Origin: Alphaproteobacteria bacterium
GTDB lineage: Bacteria > Pseudomonadota > Alphaproteobacteria > GCA-2746255
Direction of reading: 5' to 3'
Assembly: GCA_965249135.1 (NCBI GenBank)
Contig: OZ252220.1
Coordinates: 480,001 to 544,000, forward strand
DNA: 64,000 bases
In this document: one piece after another, positions 44,365 to 56,139 of the stretch
Layout: every line of letters begins with the position of its first letter
How positions within the stretch are numbered: the first letter of the stretch is position 1
Program-made: the position numbers and the translations under genes
The notes under the pieces: model-generated
The model's database searches: none
Told to the model about the DNA's origin: nothing
What the model saw: the letters and a program-made list of their open reading frames with translations, nothing else

Positions 44365-45687
44365 ATGAACAAGAAGAATGCCGAATCGGGAGCTGGCGGT
44401 TCCTTTACCCTGATCGACAACAAAACGAACAAAAAATACGAACTACCAACCATCGACGGGACGGATGGGCCTTCCGTCATCGATGTTCGCAAGGTCTATG
44501 TCGAAACCGGCTGCTTTACCTACGACCCCGGATTCACCTCTACTGCCAGCTGTGATTCGAAGATCACCTTTATTGACGGCGAGGCCGGCATCCTTAGCTA
44601 TCGCGGCTACCCGATCCAGGAGCTGGCCGAAAAGAGCGATTACCTGGAGGTTTGTTACCTCCTCCTCCATGGCGAGCTTCCGAACGCCGCCGAGAAGGAA
44701 GAATTCGTACACAACATCACCTATCACACGATGCTGGACGAGCGGATCCTCTTTTTCTTCCGGGGCTTCCCGCGCGCCGCTCATCCCATGGCCGTAATCT
44801 GCGGCGTCGTCGGCGCACTTTCTGCTTTCTACCATGACAATCTCGACTTCAACGATAAGCAACAGCGGATCATTGCTTCGCACCGGCTAATCGCAAAACT
44901 GCCGACGATTGCAGCAATGGCTTACAAATATTCGCTTGGCCAGCCCTTCATCTATCCGCGCAACGAGCTGACCTATTGTGAAAACTTTCTCCGCATGATG
45001 TTCGCGGTTCCCTGCGAGGACTACAAAATAAACCCGGTGCTCGCCAAGGCCTTGGACAAGATTTTCATTCTCCATGCCGACCACGAACAAAATGCTTCCA
45101 CCTCGACCGTACGGCTTGCCGGGTCGACGGGCGCCAATCCGTTTGCCTGCGTTTCCGCCGGGATCGCATCGCTCTGGGGGCCGGCACATGGCGGGGCGAA
45201 CGAAGCCGTCCTCAATATGCTGCATGAGATCGGATCAAAAGATCGCGTGCCGGATTTCATCAAACGTGCGAAGGACAAGAATGACCCCTTCCGTCTGATG
45301 GGGTTTGGCCATCGGGTGTACAAGAACTACGATCCGCGCGCCGCGGTCCTCCGAAGCTCGGCTCACGAGGTGCTCGATGATCTCAATGTCAGGGACGAGC
45401 CACTCCTTGAATTGGCGATGGAACTTGAACGCATCGCCCTTGAGGATGACTACTTCGTCGAAAAGAAACTTTTCCCGAACGTCGATTTCTATTCCGGAAT
45501 CATCCTGAAGGCGATGGGAATTCCAACCTCCATGTTTACCGTCATGTTCGCGCTGGGGCGCACGGTGGGATGGATCGCCCAGTGGAATGAAATGGTCGAG
45601 GATCCCGAGCAGAAAATCGGCCGCCCAAGGCAATTGTATACGGGCGCCAAGGAACGTGCCTTCGTGCCCATCGAAAAGCGAAAATAG
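44365..45687 (+). CDS. gltA: Citrate synthase
   Basis: [30 protein letters not shown]. Confidence 0.98.
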   Translation: MNKKNAESGAGGSFTLIDNKTNKKYELPTIDGTDGPSVIDVRKVYVETGCFTYDPGFTSTASCDSKITFIDGEAGILSYRGYPIQELAEKSDYLEVCYLLLHGELPNAAEKEEFVHNITYHTMLDERILFFFRGFPRAAHPMAVICGVVGALSAFYHDNLDFNDKQQRIIASHRLIAKLPTIAAMAYKYSLGQPFIYPRNELTYCENFLRMMFAVPCEDYKINPVLAKALDKIFILHADHEQNASTSTVRLAGSTGANPFACVSAGIASLWGPAHGGANEAVLNMLHEIGSKDRVPDFIKRAKDKNDPFRLMGFGHRVYKNYDPRAAVLRSSAHEVLDDLNVRDEPLLELAMELERIALEDDYFVEKKLFPNVDFYSGIILKAMGIPTSMFTVMFALGRTVGWIAQWNEMVEDPEQKIGRPRQLYTGAKERAFVPIEKRK

Positions 45688-45724
45688 GCCGCACACATTC
45701 GTTCTTCAAATTGGATGGTTTGGC

Positions 45725-46927
45725 CTAAGTCGATTGGCTCGATAGAGCCTTCGCGCGAGCTTCCAAAAACTGCAGAATTGCGTTTGCCGCCCGACGGGAA
45801 GGAAGCCCACCCCCCTCCCCCAACTGCAAGAGCGCCTCTTTTACTTCCTGTTTTTGGGCTTGCCGCACCTTGGGGTCCTGCAACAGGCGAATGAGCGTAT
45901 CCGCCAGTGCCTTCGGATTGCAGTTCTCCTGCAAAAGTTCCGGCACCACCTCCCGGCCCAGGATGACGTTGACGAGTGCGACATGGCGAACGCTGAGCAT
46001 CCGGCGAAGCAGCCACGCGGTAATCGGATTCACCCGGTAGGCAACCACCATCGGAAGGCCGGCCCGCGCGACCTCAACGGTCGCCGTGCCAGAAGCGACA
46101 ACGGCGATCTCGCTTGCCGCGAGCGCATCCCACATCTCGTGGCGATCCGTCACGACGACGGTGGGCACCGGCCAGTTTTTGGCCGCTTCCCTTACCTCTG
46201 TCTCGACGGGTGAAACGGTTGGAACGACCGCCTGCAAGCTTGGGTAGCGCTCCTTCAACAATACCAGCGCCTCGCCAAATACCGGTAACAGCCGGGACGT
46301 TTCGGAGTGACGGCTGCCCGGCAGCATGGCGATCACCGGCGCCAGCGATGGGATGCGATGGCGCTCGCGAAAAGCGGGGCCATCCCCGGTTCCGGCTCCG
46401 GATTCGATGGCGGAATGGCCAACGGCAATGCTGGGCAAGCCCACCCTTTCAAAGATCGGCGGCTCGAAGGGAAGCAGCGTCAGCAACAAGTCGTTTACCC
46501 GGGCGAGTTTTCTCGCACGTCGTGGTTTCCAAGCCCACACTTGCGGCGCCACGTAATGAATGACCGGAATGTTCAAACCTGAAAGCCGCTTGGCGACGTG
46601 ATAGCTAAAGGTTGGCGTATCAATCGTGACAACGGCAACCGGCCGTTCGTTTGCGATGGCCGCAACGGTTTCGCGAAGACGGCGCAATAGGATTGGCAGA
46701 TGGGGGAGAATTTCCGTAATCCCGATCAGCGCGATGTCGCGCATCGGAAAGAGCGGATCCAGTTTTTCCGCCACCATGGCGTCCCCTCCGACGCCACGGA
46801 AATGGGCATGCCCGCCGAGCCGATCGCGTAGCGCCACCATCAGCCGCGCGCCGAGACGATCCCCGGATGGCTCGCCGGCAATTACAAAAAAAAGTGGCGC
46901 GCCTTCTTCAGTGCGACCGTCCGGCAT
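45725..46927 (-). CDS. lpxB: Lipid-A-disaccharide synthase
   Basis: AGEPSGD, APQVWAW, PGSR, ASGTAT. Confidence 0.96.
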   Translation of the reverse strand: MPDGRTEEGAPLFFVIAGEPSGDRLGARLMVALRDRLGGHAHFRGVGGDAMVAEKLDPLFPMRDIALIGITEILPHLPILLRRLRETVAAIANERPVAVVTIDTPTFSYHVAKRLSGLNIPVIHYVAPQVWAWKPRRARKLARVNDLLLTLLPFEPPIFERVGLPSIAVGHSAIESGAGTGDGPAFRERHRIPSLAPVIAMLPGSRHSETSRLLPVFGEALVLLKERYPSLQAVVPTVSPVETEVREAAKNWPVPTVVVTDRHEMWDALAASEIAVVASGTATVEVARAGLPMVVAYRVNPITAWLLRRMLSVRHVALVNVILGREVVPELLQENCNPKALADTLIRLLQDPKVRQAQKQEVKEALLQLGEGGGLPSRRAANAILQFLEARAKALSSQST

Positions 46928-47745
46928 TATGCCACCGTAATCCCAACAAGAAAAAGATCGGCGGCATCGGCAGCGGCGATAACCGAGTCCCGGTCGATAA
47001 TAAGCGAGCCGCCCGCTTCGATGGCGATTCCGCGAAGGCCTGCCTGGGCGGCGGCCTTTACGGTGGCGATGCCGATGGTCGGCAAATCCGCCCTGGCATC
47101 CTGTTCCGGCTTTTTGATTTTTACCAGGACGCCACCGGGTCCTTCGCGCTGCAGGCTTCCCGTTCGCGCAATCAGCGCGTCCGTTCCTTCGATGGCCTCC
47201 ACGCCGAGTGCGATGCCCTGCTGAACGACAACCGCCTGGCCGACGTCAAAGGAACCGGTTGCACGGGCAACCTCGACACCATAATCGATGTCCGATTCGG
47301 CCTGCGCATCCGGTGCGACTCTTCCGAGCACGCCTTGCGGCGTCAGTAGATCATCAAAGACGTCTTCGGCCCCGACCACGCGAAATCCTTCCTCTTCCAG
47401 CTCCCGTATCGCCGTGCGAAGCAGGCCGTCGTCCCTTAAGGCGGCAACGCCCGCCTTTGCCAACAGTCGTGCCCCACGCATGTCGGGGCGTAACGAGCCA
47501 AGGGATGGGCGGCCCACCGGTCCCGCTAGGACGAGTTCTTCGACGCCCGCTTCATGCAAGAACTTGATGGCGGCCCCGACAGCGCCAAGACGCACCCAGG
47601 CATGTGGCACGGCTTCAACGGTTTTCGGGTCCGTGTGTCCCTTGAAAGCAAGGACAAAGCATTCCCTTCCCTTCGACCGGCACGCTTCGACGACACGGGC
47701 AGGCAATGCGCCGCCACCGGCAATAATCCCTAGCTTATTCGACAT
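46927..47745 (-). CDS. lpxI: UDP-2,3-diacylglucosamine pyrophosphatase LpxI
   Basis: LGIIAGGG.LP, DVGQAVV, EAIEGTD, QD.R.DLPTIG; between lpxA and lpxB. Confidence 0.92.
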   Translation of the reverse strand: MSNKLGIIAGGGALPARVVEACRSKGRECFVLAFKGHTDPKTVEAVPHAWVRLGAVGAAIKFLHEAGVEELVLAGPVGRPSLGSLRPDMRGARLLAKAGVAALRDDGLLRTAIRELEEEGFRVVGAEDVFDDLLTPQGVLGRVAPDAQAESDIDYGVEVARATGSFDVGQAVVVQQGIALGVEAIEGTDALIARTGSLQREGPGGVLVKIKKPEQDARADLPTIGIATVKAAAQAGLRGIAIEAGGSLIIDRDSVIAAADAADLFLVGITVA

Positions 47746-48538
47746 GCCCCGCCTTGGGCTGACAAATGGACCGTGAGGAATCTTCCTGGATAAAGCCGAT
47801 AATGTCCTGAACGACTTCATTGTTTTCAAACAGTTCCGAGACGTCTGCAAGGCGCTCCGCCAGGGTCCCTTCTTCTGCAAACAACAGACGGTAGGCATTG
47901 CGAAGCGTGTGAATCGCGTCCCGCGAGAAACCTCTGCGTTTAAGTCCGATGATGTTGAGGCCGCTCAGATGCGCCCGATTTCCCATCACCGAACCATAGG
48001 GAATGACATCGTTTTCGACACCAGACATACCGCCCACCATGGCGTGTTTTCCGACGCGTACATATTGGTGAACCGCGGACAGGCCGCCGATAATAACGTA
48101 GTCGCCAAGTTTCACATGTCCGCCCAGGGTCCCGTTGTTCGCCATCACGACGTAATCGCCGATCTTGCAGTCGTGTGCCACGTGAGAGGCGATCATAAAC
48201 AGACCGTGGCTGCCAACGCTGGTGAGCAAACCGCCACCTTCCGTTCCAGGATTCATCGTCACATGTTCACGAATCACGTTATGACTGCCGATGGTAAGCT
48301 TGGAGGGCTCACCCTTGTATTTCATGTCTTGTGGTGGGTGGCCGATCGATGCAAAGGGGTAGATGCGCGTCTTCTCGCCGATTTTCGTGCGCCCATCTAC
48401 GCTTACATGGGCTTCCAGCGTGACTTCATCGCCAAGTTCAACGTCTGTGCCGACGCAACAATAGGGACCGATGCGCACATCCTTGCCCAGCGTTGCCCCC
48501 GGCGCCACGATTGCAGTGAGGTGGATGTCGGTGGCCAT
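47735..48538 (-). CDS. lpxA: UDP-N-acetylglucosamine acyltransferase
   Basis: Hexapeptide repeats, PQDMKY, HVAHDC, GLKRRGF. Confidence 0.97.
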   Translation of the reverse strand: MATDIHLTAIVAPGATLGKDVRIGPYCCVGTDVELGDEVTLEAHVSVDGRTKIGEKTRIYPFASIGHPPQDMKYKGEPSKLTIGSHNVIREHVTMNPGTEGGGLLTSVGSHGLFMIASHVAHDCKIGDYVVMANNGTLGGHVKLGDYVIIGGLSAVHQYVRVGKHAMVGGMSGVENDVIPYGSVMGNRAHLSGLNIIGLKRRGFSRDAIHTLRNAYRLLFAEEGTLAERLADVSELFENNEVVQDIIGFIQEDSSRSICQPKAGHVE

Positions 48539-48999
48539 CAGCGATCCAAGATCATTGCGGTGAACGTCGCTTCCGCCATCACCTGACCTTCCACCTGGGC
48601 AACGGCGCGGAATTTCCAGACATTCGCCCAGCTCTGCTGCTTTTCGACGACCAGGCGCAACTGATCCCCCGGCGTCACCGGCCTGCGGAAGCGGGCGTTG
48701 TCGATCGACATGAAAAAAACCAGTTTGCCTTCCGCCGCCGAGCCTAAGCTATGAACCACCAAACCGGCTGCCGTTTGTGCCATGGATTCGATAATCAAGA
48801 CCCCGGGCATCACGGGCTCGTGCGGGAAATGGCCCTGAAAATGCGGCTCGTTGGCCGTCACATTTTTGATACCCGTCGCGCTTTCACCCGGCACCACGTC
48901 GACCAGACGATCGATCATAAGAAACGGGTAGCGATGCGGCAGCATTTCCATGACCCGCAGAATGTCGAGATCCTCGCCTTTCTTCTTCTTATCCGTCAC
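48538..48999 (-). CDS. fabZ: 3-hydroxyacyl-ACP dehydratase
   Basis: [19 protein letters not shown]. Confidence 0.97.
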   Translation of the reverse strand: MTDKKKKGEDLDILRVMEMLPHRYPFLMIDRLVDVVPGESATGIKNVTANEPHFQGHFPHEPVMPGVLIIESMAQTAAGLVVHSLGSAAEGKLVFFMSIDNARFRRPVTPGDQLRLVVEKQQSWANVWKFRAVAQVEGQVMAEATFTAMILDR

Positions 49000-50023
49000 C
49001 GCTGGGAATCCTCTTTTTGGCTAATTTGGCGATGGCTACCGTTTGACGGTGGTATTGAACGACCGGGACGGCCGGGCTGCCGCCAACCGTTTCACCAGGG
49101 CCTACGTCGCGCGTGACCCCGGCCTGCCCGCCGATTCGGGCGCCGGATCCGATCACAAGGTGGCCGGTCACCCCAGCTTGCCCACCAATGAACACATAGT
49201 CACCAAATTTTGTGCTCCCGGAAATTCCAACCTGCGCAACGAGGACGCAGCCATCACCAAGTTCAACGTTGTGGGCAACCTGCACCAAGTTATCGATCAT
49301 GCATCCGGCGCCGATCACCGTATCGGCGCTCGCGCCGCGATCGATCGTCACGTTGGCGCCGATCTCTACGTCATCCCGTATAAGGACCCGACCCAATTGA
49401 GGAACGCGCAAATGTCCCTCCGGATCGGGATGAAAACCAAAGCCATCCTGACCGATCCGCGCGCCCGGGTAGATAATCACGCGCGACCCCACAACGCAGT
49501 GGGTCAATGAAGAACAGGCATCTATTCGACAATCGTCGCCGATCTGGACGTTCGGGCCGATGACCACATTCGGGCCAATCAAACAGCGCTCCCCAATTTC
49601 CGCCTGGGCGCCGATAACGGCGCCTGGCTCGATGCCGGTTCCTTTACCGATTTTCGCGGATGGGTCGACGCTTGCAGAGGCCGCAATTCCAGGCGTGATC
49701 GGTTTTGGTGGATAGAAGGCAGCGGCGATCCGCGCATACGTCCGATAGGGCTTCTCAACCTTCAACAAGATCATTTCGGCAGGCGCACGTTCCGCCATGT
49801 CCGGATGGACGATGCAGAGGCCCGCTTTGCTTTTTTCAAAAACCGGAAGGTATTTACGATTGTCCAAAAAGCTTACGTGATTCGCTTCCGCCTTATCCAG
49901 AGGCGCGATATCTTCGAAGGCCCGGCTGGGATCCGCACCTTTCGGCAAGCCTATACCGGCCATCTCGGAGATTTGCGCGAGGGTAAAAGGACCGGCGGAT
50001 GAGAAGAAACGAGGATCAGGCAA
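48989..50023 (-). CDS. lpxD: UDP-3-O-acyl-glucosamine N-acyltransferase
   Basis: [23 protein letters not shown]; TTG start. Confidence 0.96.
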   Translation of the reverse strand: MPDPRFFSSAGPFTLAQISEMAGIGLPKGADPSRAFEDIAPLDKAEANHVSFLDNRKYLPVFEKSKAGLCIVHPDMAERAPAEMILLKVEKPYRTYARIAAAFYPPKPITPGIAASASVDPSAKIGKGTGIEPGAVIGAQAEIGERCLIGPNVVIGPNVQIGDDCRIDACSSLTHCVVGSRVIIYPGARIGQDGFGFHPDPEGHLRVPQLGRVLIRDDVEIGANVTIDRGASADTVIGAGCMIDNLVQVAHNVELGDGCVLVAQVGISGSTKFGDYVFIGGQAGVTGHLVIGSGARIGGQAGVTRDVGPGETVGGSPAVPVVQYHRQTVAIAKLAKKRIPSGDG

Positions 50024-50034
50024 GAAAGCGCCTC

Positions 50035-50589
50035 CTATTTAGGAATCGCCACCTTGGGAAGTTGCTCGTCTAAACGTTTCAACACCTCATCCGAAATATC
50101 GAATCCCTTGATGGCAAAGAGTACCGAATTCCCCGTTATGATCAGGTTGAGGCCGCGCTCCTGAGCAATAGCCCCAGAAATTTCAGAAAGTTTCACCTGA
50201 ATTTCCTGGCTTGCCTTCTCGGATGTCCCGCGCAGCTTTGTTTGCCTATCGTCAAGAGTTTTAGCCAGTGACATAAGTTTCTTCTGGAACTCCTGCTGAC
50301 GTTGCTTGAAGGCTTCCGGCGAAAGAAGGGTTTTCTGTCGAACAAGATCCTCACGCTGTTTCCCGAAATCCTTCTCCATGGCCTCGGCATCTGTCTGTAT
50401 TGCCTTTGCCCGCTTATCCATTTCATCGCGTATCTGCTGATACGCTTTCGCCTTCGAGGCAATCACCGACATCTGCACGATACCGACCAGCGCTGGCGGC
50501 AAAGCCTGGGCCTGAACGGGCAAGCTTGGAGCTGTCGTAAAAAGAAATGCGGCAATTAAAACGGGCAGGCCTTTAATGAATATTTTCAT
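50035..50589 (-). CDS. skp: Skp/OmpH periplasmic chaperone
   Basis: Signal peptide, coiled coil, C-terminal [11 protein letters not shown]; position between bamA and lpxD. Confidence 0.85.
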   Translation of the reverse strand: MKIFIKGLPVLIAAFLFTTAPSLPVQAQALPPALVGIVQMSVIASKAKAYQQIRDEMDKRAKAIQTDAEAMEKDFGKQREDLVRQKTLLSPEAFKQRQQEFQKKLMSLAKTLDDRQTKLRGTSEKASQEIQVKLSEISGAIAQERGLNLIITGNSVLFAIKGFDISDEVLKRLDEQLPKVAIPK

Positions 50590-50625
50590 GATAAAATCAC
50601 CCCGGTCTTACTGTCCCTCTTCATC

Positions 50626-52935
50626 CTAGAATACCCTTCCGAAGCTGAACCGGAAAAGCTCCTTCTCGTCAAAATTCTCTTTAAGAATCGGGATGCCGAA
50701 ATCGCCTCGCACCGGCCCGAAAGGCGAATCCCAGGAAATTCCGAATCCGGCCGACATCCTTAGGCTGGCTTCATCCCGGACTTCCGGCCCTGTCGCGTCC
50801 ACTTCCGTCAAACCACCAACATCTAGGAAAAGGACAGTCGAAACGCCGGTCGATTGCTCAAGACCCAGCGGCACCCTCAACTCCACGGAACCATTGTAGA
50901 TGAAATTACCACCAAGTGCGTCATTCGCCACAATGTCGCGTGGGCCGACCCCGCTATTTTCAAAGCCTCTGAGATTGCTCCCTCCGAGGAAAAAGCGGTC
51001 ATTGATTCGGATTGCATCACTACCCAGCCGAAAGATATAGCCAACCCTGGCTGTATAGCTAACGACCCATCTTCGGTCCACATCCAATGGCTGAAAATAG
51101 CCGCCATTCAACGAATTGCGTAGGTATTTGACATTCCCGCCAAGCCCGGCGATATCGTTCCGCATGGCCACGAACCAACCTTCCGTCGTTTTCTTAGTTC
51201 GATCGCGCCGGTCGTATTGGAGCGTGTGGCCAATCAGAGACGTCGTGAAATCACCCTGCTGGTCGATCACGAAGCGAGAGGCGATCAAAGGCACATCTCG
51301 AAGATCATCTTTTTGGAATGTGTAATTCCAGTTTTGACGCAGGTGCTCACTCAATACATAGCCGCTTCGCAGCGTGAAGCCTGTCTGATCCAGCTGGAAG
51401 GAACTGAAGTCCGATTCATCTCTAGAGCGACTAAAAACATCAAAGCCCGCGACAACTTCGTGCCCAAGAAAATAGGGCTCCGTAAAACTGATACTTTCTT
51501 CTTCATTCCTTTCAGCGATGCTGATAACGGCGCCAAGGCTCTGTCCTTTACCTAGAAAATTCCGTTCCTGGATCCGGAATTCCAAAAGCCCACCGGATGA
51601 GGTTGAAAAACCGATACCGATGCTGAAGTCGCCGGTGGATTTCTCCTCCACCTCCACGTTAACGTTCGTTTGGTCCGGCTCCTCACCCGGCTCGTTCGTT
51701 ACCTCTACTTCTTCGAAATAATCTAAATTTTCGATACGTTGCTTCGAACGATTCATCTTCGACGTATTAAAGGCGTCGCCTTCCGCAAAGCGCATTTCTC
51801 GTCGAATCACGCGATCGACGGTTCGTTCATTGCCAACGATGTTAATGCGATCAATAAAAACCCGCGGCCCCTCCTTAATCTCATAAGTAATTTTAACTCT
51901 CTGGTTGTCACGGTCTCGTTTGACTGCTGGCTTAACTTCAACAAAGGCGTACCCAAACTCACCAAGTTTATCCGTCAAATTATCGACAGATTGATCAACC
52001 TTGTCGGAGTTATACCAAGCATCCTCAAGCGTTGTTATGCTCTCACGTAAGAGATTGGCATCAAGTTTTGGCAATGCATTTCGTATGGCAACTTGTCCAA
52101 AACGGAAGCGCCTTCCCTCATCAACCGTAAATGTGACAAAGAATGCCTCGCGATCCGCTGTAATCTCGGCAACGGCCGAGACGACGATAAATTCCGCGTA
52201 GCCATTCTTCAAATAAAATCGCCGAAGCAACTCTCGATCGAACGTTAAACGGTCAGGATCGTACGTATCGTCCTGGGCCCAAAAGCGATACCACCGCCAC
52301 AGGCTAGTCAGAATAACGGTGCGAAGTTCACGATCTGAAAAGAGCTTATTGCCGACGAAACTGATGCTTCGAATACCGGCAACCGGTCCTTCCGTAATTT
52401 CATGGACCAGCGTGATACGGTTTTCCTGATGCTGAATGATCTTCGGCGAAACCGTTGCCGCAAAATAGCCCCGGCGCCGATAAAGCGTGAGAATACGCTG
52501 GACATCTGCCTGAACTTTTGTCCGCGAATAGACAGATAGAGGGTTTAGCTGAACTTCTTCTTCAAAGTCCTCGTCCTCGATACTTTCATTTCCCTCGAAG
52601 GCAACGTCGCTGATGATCGGATTTTCGATCACCTGAACGATTAATGCATTCCCTGATCGCCGAATCGTAATATCCGCAAACAACCCAGTAGCGAAAAGCG
52701 CCTTCAGCGATTGATCGACACGCGTTTCGTCATAAACATCCCCGGCCCGGACCAGCATGTAGGAATGAACGGTTATCGGCTCAATCCGCTGCGTTCCCTC
52801 GATCCGGACCTCTTCGATAATCTCGCCGCTTCGAAAATCCTGCGCCTGGACCGGAACGCAAAACAGCAGAAGTTCGAGCAGCGTTAAGAAAAACACATAC
52901 CCCTTCGGACCAATGGATGGTTGTCCGCGCCTCAA
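50626..52935 (-). CDS. bamA: Outer membrane protein assembly factor BamA
   Basis: POTRA repeats, LRGF loop motif, SPFGP, terminal F. Confidence 0.96.
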   Translation of the reverse strand: MRRGQPSIGPKGYVFFLTLLELLLFCVPVQAQDFRSGEIIEEVRIEGTQRIEPITVHSYMLVRAGDVYDETRVDQSLKALFATGLFADITIRRSGNALIVQVIENPIISDVAFEGNESIEDEDFEEEVQLNPLSVYSRTKVQADVQRILTLYRRRGYFAATVSPKIIQHQENRITLVHEITEGPVAGIRSISFVGNKLFSDRELRTVILTSLWRWYRFWAQDDTYDPDRLTFDRELLRRFYLKNGYAEFIVVSAVAEITADREAFFVTFTVDEGRRFRFGQVAIRNALPKLDANLLRESITTLEDAWYNSDKVDQSVDNLTDKLGEFGYAFVEVKPAVKRDRDNQRVKITYEIKEGPRVFIDRINIVGNERTVDRVIRREMRFAEGDAFNTSKMNRSKQRIENLDYFEEVEVTNEPGEEPDQTNVNVEVEEKSTGDFSIGIGFSTSSGGLLEFRIQERNFLGKGQSLGAVISIAERNEEESISFTEPYFLGHEVVAGFDVFSRSRDESDFSSFQLDQTGFTLRSGYVLSEHLRQNWNYTFQKDDLRDVPLIASRFVIDQQGDFTTSLIGHTLQYDRRDRTKKTTEGWFVAMRNDIAGLGGNVKYLRNSLNGGYFQPLDVDRRWVVSYTARVGYIFRLGSDAIRINDRFFLGGSNLRGFENSGVGPRDIVANDALGGNFIYNGSVELRVPLGLEQSTGVSTVLFLDVGGLTEVDATGPEVRDEASLRMSAGFGISWDSPFGPVRGDFGIPILKENFDEKELFRFSFGRVF

Positions 52936-54065
52936 GAGAAAAGCCCCCGAACGTAATCCCCAACCGGCAGGCGGGCGAGGTCATTCCAGGTGGCAAAGAT
53001 CATCAGCATGAGAACGAGGGCGAGACCGAGACGGAAGCCAATTTCGCGCGCCTTCACGCTCGGTGGCCTGCCAAGCACGGCTTCAATTCCATAAAAAACA
53101 AGATGGCCGCCATCCAATAGAGGAATCGGAAAGAAATTGATGAGACCCAAATTGATGGAAAGGATCGCCATGAACCACAGCATCGTCGTAATGCCGCCCC
53201 GCGCGGCCTCGCCAGACATCTGCGCGATGCCGATTGGACCACTCAGATCGTCCGCCGTGCGCGTGCCGACGATCATTTGACCGATCGCCTCCAGCGTCAG
53301 CAGGGTAAAGGCCACCGTCTCTTTCGAGCCTTCCCAAAGCGCCATGCCGGGGCCCCTGCGAACGAAGTCCACGCCGGCGCTGCGAATGCCAAGGCGGGCG
53401 ATCCGTCGAACGTGCCCGAAGCGATTCGTCACCTCCGTCATATGAGGGGTTGCGATCACGATCACTTCCTGACCATCGCGCTCGACAACGATCTCCAGCG
53501 ACTCCCCCATGTTCAGGCTGATTTGGCGCTTAATGTCCTCAAAACGATCGATCGCGGCGCCATCAACCCGGCGTACGATGTCGCCGGCAGTTAAACCTGC
53601 CTCCTCGGCCGCGCTGCCCGACTGGATAGAGCCAATCGTAGCGGCCGTATAGGGCTGACCGACGGTCCCAAAAAGAACGGCGAAGACCACAATGGCGAAC
53701 AGAAAATTCGCAAGCGGCCCGGCCATGACGATCGCAGTCCGTTGTCCGAGCCGTTTGTGGATGAAGGAGACCTGCTTGTCTTCTTCCGACAAAGATTTCG
53801 CCTCTTCGCTCTCTTTATCGATATCCATTTCACCAAACATCTTCACGTAACCGCCCAACGGCAGAACACTGAACTTCCAACGCGTGCCAACGCTATCGTT
53901 CCAGCCAAAGAGTTCGGGCCCGAAGCCGATCGAGAACGTTTCGACACGCACACCATTGCGGCGCGCGATCAGGTAATGCCCCATCTCATGAACAAAGACG
54001 AGTGCAGTGAGAATAATCAGGAACGGAATGACGTAATCCCAGATTCCGACAAGCAGCTCGATCAC
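52932..54065 (-). CDS. rseP: RIP metalloprotease RseP
   Basis: HEMGH, PDZ domain, NFFPIPLLDGG. Confidence 0.96.
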   Translation of the reverse strand: MIELLVGIWDYVIPFLIILTALVFVHEMGHYLIARRNGVRVETFSIGFGPELFGWNDSVGTRWKFSVLPLGGYVKMFGEMDIDKESEEAKSLSEEDKQVSFIHKRLGQRTAIVMAGPLANFLFAIVVFAVLFGTVGQPYTAATIGSIQSGSAAEEAGLTAGDIVRRVDGAAIDRFEDIKRQISLNMGESLEIVVERDGQEVIVIATPHMTEVTNRFGHVRRIARLGIRSAGVDFVRRGPGMALWEGSKETVAFTLLTLEAIGQMIVGTRTADDLSGPIGIAQMSGEAARGGITTMLWFMAILSINLGLINFFPIPLLDGGHLVFYGIEAVLGRPPSVKAREIGFRLGLALVLMLMIFATWNDLARLPVGDYVRGLFS

Positions 54066-54106
54066 AGCATTCGATTCCCGATTGACGCCCAGTGAAGGAG
54101 CCGGGC

Positions 54107-55285
54107 CTAGACCAATCCTGTGGCATGCCGCCGAGCAGCGGCATCCATTTCAAAGACGTCCTCCAACCCATGGAGCTCCGGCGCAGCCAGGTGCTCCAGC
54201 GTTTCTTCGACGACCCGCGCAATATCCAGGAAGCCAATCTTGCCATCCAGAAACCCGGCAACGGCCACCTCGTTCGCGGCGTTCAGGATTGTAGGTGCGG
54301 CCCCCCCGCTTTGCAAGGACTGGCGGGCGAGTCGTAGGGCTGGGAATCGTTTTGAATCAGGCGCTTCGAAGGTAAGTTCTCCGACCTTGCCAAGATCGAG
54401 GCGTGGCGATGGCGCCGGGATTCGTTCCGGCCAACCCAAGGTATAGGCAATCGGTGTGCGCATGTCGGGCATGCCAAGCTGTGCCAATACGGAACCATCC
54501 ACGTAGAACACCATGCTGTGGATGACGGACTGCGGATGAACAAGGATGTCGATTTGATCCTTCTCCACGGGAAACAGGTAATAAGCCTCGATGAGTTCGA
54601 GGCCTTTGTTCATCATCGTCGCCGAATCCACGGAGATCTTCGCACCCATGTCCCAATTCGGGTGGGCGACCGCCTGTTCGGGCGTCACTTTCGCCATTGC
54701 CTGGTGGTCCAGCTCTCGGAAAGGGCCCCCGGAAGCGGTAAGCATAATCTTCTCGACCGCCGCACTCTGCCCCATGTCGAAAACCTGAAAGATGGCATTG
54801 TGCTCGGAATCAACCGGCAAGAGGGTCGCGCCACTCTTGCGAATCTCGGCAACCATCAAATCGCCGGCGCAAACCAAGCATTCCTTGTTCGCCAGACCGA
54901 CACTGCCGCCGCGGCGAATGGCGGCAAGCGTCGGTTCGAGTCCCGCCGCGCCGACAATGGCCGCCATCACCCAGTCTGCCGGTCGCGTCGCAGCCTCGAT
55001 CAGCGCGGCCTTACCGGCGGCTGTCTCGATACCGGTGCCGACAAGTGCTTCTTTGAGTTCGCCATAGAGATCGGAATCGCCAATGACGGCGAGCCGGGCG
55101 CCAAGCTTGCGGGCCTGCTCGGCAAGAAGCGCGACGTTTGTTTTCGCCGTCAATGCCTCGACGGCATAGGCCTCGGGGTTTTCCGCGATCAATTCCACCG
55201 TGTTCGTGCCAATCGATCCCGTCGAGCCCAGGATCGTCACCCGCTTCGGTGCGACTTCCGGTTTTGGCATTCGCTGCAAAGTCAT
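54107..55285 (-). CDS. dxr: 1-deoxy-D-xylulose-5-phosphate reductoisomerase
   Basis: LGSTGSIG, ANKE, PVDSEH, HPNWDMG. Confidence 0.97.
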   Translation of the reverse strand: MTLQRMPKPEVAPKRVTILGSTGSIGTNTVELIAENPEAYAVEALTAKTNVALLAEQARKLGARLAVIGDSDLYGELKEALVGTGIETAAGKAALIEAATRPADWVMAAIVGAAGLEPTLAAIRRGGSVGLANKECLVCAGDLMVAEIRKSGATLLPVDSEHNAIFQVFDMGQSAAVEKIMLTASGGPFRELDHQAMAKVTPEQAVAHPNWDMGAKISVDSATMMNKGLELIEAYYLFPVEKDQIDILVHPQSVIHSMVFYVDGSVLAQLGMPDMRTPIAYTLGWPERIPAPSPRLDLGKVGELTFEAPDSKRFPALRLARQSLQSGGAAPTILNAANEVAVAGFLDGKIGFLDIARVVEETLEHLAAPELHGLEDVFEMDAAARRHATGLV

Positions 55286-56139
55286 GGAAACACCCAGCTT
55301 TCCGTCAACCACTTCACCAGCATGACGACTGGCGCCACAATCAGCAAGCCATCCAAGCGGTCCATCAGTCCGCCATGCCCAGGAATCAGTTTTCCGGTGT
55401 CCTTCACGCCAAAATGCCGTTTTATGGCCGATTCGCCGAAATCGCCGCCCTGGGCAACGATGGCAAGCGCGGCGCCGAAGGCGCCAAGCAACCCGGCCGC
55501 CGGCAGGTCGAGCCCCCGCGCCACCCCCCATCCGGCAAGGCCCGCGAAGACGATGGCGCCGATGAAACCCGCCCAGGTTTTATGGGGGCTGATGCGGGGC
55601 GCCAGTTTTGGACCACCGATGGTGCGGCCAAACGCGTAGGCGGCAATGTCCGTTGCCCAGACGACCCCAAGCACCCAGAAAAAGATCGCCCTTCCGGCCG
55701 CCGGATCGTGCCTGAGCCAAAGGCAGGCGATGCAAGGAATCGCCACATAAAGGAGGCCCCCGGCAAGCCAGACGCCTTTGCCATCCTCTTCGAAACGGCC
55801 GGCAAGATAGAGGCCGACTACGCCGACGGCCAAAAGGCCGACGGCCACCCGATCCGGCCCCGCGATCGCCGCGGCAACGCTCAGCAACACCAGGGCCAGC
55901 AATGCCCAGCCCATCGGCCGCACCCTGCCGCCGCCGCAAAGCCCGGCCCATTCATAGGCCAGACCCGCCGCCACAAACAGGATTAGCGCGTCGAAATAAG
56001 GTGGGCCGAAATAAACGATCGCAAGGGTTGGCGGAACGAGAACGATCGCCGATACGACCCGACGCGAAAGGGAAGACCCGTCCTTATGCGCCGGAAGTGC
56101 CGTACCGTCGTTCGCGGTTTGCGAATTCCCGGACCGCAT
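55282..56139 (-). CDS. cdsA: Phosphatidate cytidylyltransferase
   Basis: ISPHKTWAG, KR..GVKD.G..IPGHGG.MDR.D. Confidence 0.95.
   Translation of the reverse strand: MRSGNSQTANDGTALPAHKDGSSLSRRVVSAIVLVPPTLAIVYFGPPYFDALILFVAAGLAYEWAGLCGGGRVRPMGWALLALVLLSVAAAIAGPDRVAVGLLAVGVVGLYLAGRFEEDGKGVWLAGGLLYVAIPCIACLWLRHDPAAGRAIFFWVLGVVWATDIAAYAFGRTIGGPKLAPRISPHKTWAGFIGAIVFAGLAGWGVARGLDLPAAGLLGAFGAALAIVAQGGDFGESAIKRHFGVKDTGKLIPGHGGLMDRLDGLLIVAPVVMLVKWLTESWVFP

Noticed and set aside
50035-52935. Lower GC in skp-bamA as horizontal transfer
   Set aside because: Genes are in canonical synteny with no mobility signatures or sharp boundaries
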